A stretch of 64,000 nucleotides of DNA, taken from the NCBI RefSeq assembly GCF_018350175.1, contig NC_058368.1, positions 231,138,001 to 231,202,000 of the forward strand, given 5' to 3'. The notes under the pieces are model-generated. The model ran no database searches. It saw only the letters and a program-made list of their open reading frames with translations, and was not told the DNA's origin. Origin of the DNA: Felis catus. Lineage: Eukaryota. Within the stretch, counting starts at the first letter, position 1; each line of letters starts with the position of its first letter. The translations under genes were made by a program, and so were the position numbers. Of the stretch, positions 63,581 to 64,000 are shown piece after piece.

Positions 63581-63706
63581 ACATTGATGTTCATAATAAC
63601 AAGTGTATTTTACAAACCTTCTAGGCTCTTTATCACAAAATTCTCCCTTGATTTTTCCCGTGAAATAAAACCTTGTTCTAATTGTGTCAATCTCCTAATT
63701 CTTGCA

Positions 63707-63719
63707 AAAAAAAAGGAAA

Positions 63720-63767
<48 letters not shown>
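63707..63767 (+). repeat. (GAAA)n tetranucleotide microsatellite
   Basis: About 11 consecutive GAAA units following an A-run. Confidence 0.95.
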
Positions 63768-63768
<1 letters not shown>

Positions 63769-64000
63769 GGTGTGGGGTGGGGAGAGAGAGGGAGGGCAGA
63801 AGAAACAGAGGAAAGGAAAGAAAGAAAGGGAAAGATCACTGTTGACTCCTACTGGTCTTCCTGAGTGTCTCAGGGCCCTGAGTGCTCATCCGTGTGAAAT
63901 AGGCTGGGCCTAGAGAGTTCCTCCTGCAGAAACCAAAGGAGGGAAAGAAGCTAGGAACCCCTTCTGAGCCACTTAGAAATTCAGATTGAGTTGCCGCATT

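Overview
Mammalian genomic DNA from a felid (cat-like): it carries about 39 carnivore tRNA-derived Can-SINEs, including near-identical felid SINEC_Fc-type copies. The window holds the CpG-island promoter and coding exons 1-20 of MARCHF6 (MARCH6/TEB4, the ER-membrane RING-CH E3 ubiquitin ligase, yeast Doa10 orthologue) on the minus strand. All 20 exons were mapped by hand. Each junction is GT-AG and they join into an open frame of 1966 nt (655 codons + 1 nt); the gene continues off the left edge. Nearly all ORFs in the supplied track are artefacts of SINEs, LINEs or the CpG island. The observations that stand out are: (1) a decayed, almost end-to-end 18S rRNA gene relic in intron 1, with GC-rich flanks that may be 5'ETS/ITS1; (2) a disrupted SCAN-domain, SCAND1-like coding relic in intron 6 that still has a strong splice acceptor upstream and an AATAAA downstream, i.e. 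the layout of an alternative last exon; (3) a U12-type (minor spliceosome) intron 12 whose retention gives an immediate stop. There are also nested transposon stacks and apparent reuse of SINE target sites. No prokaryotic-type system (CRISPR etc.) is present. Repeat subfamily names and comparisons with reference sequences are from memory, not from database searches, and repeat boundaries are approximate.
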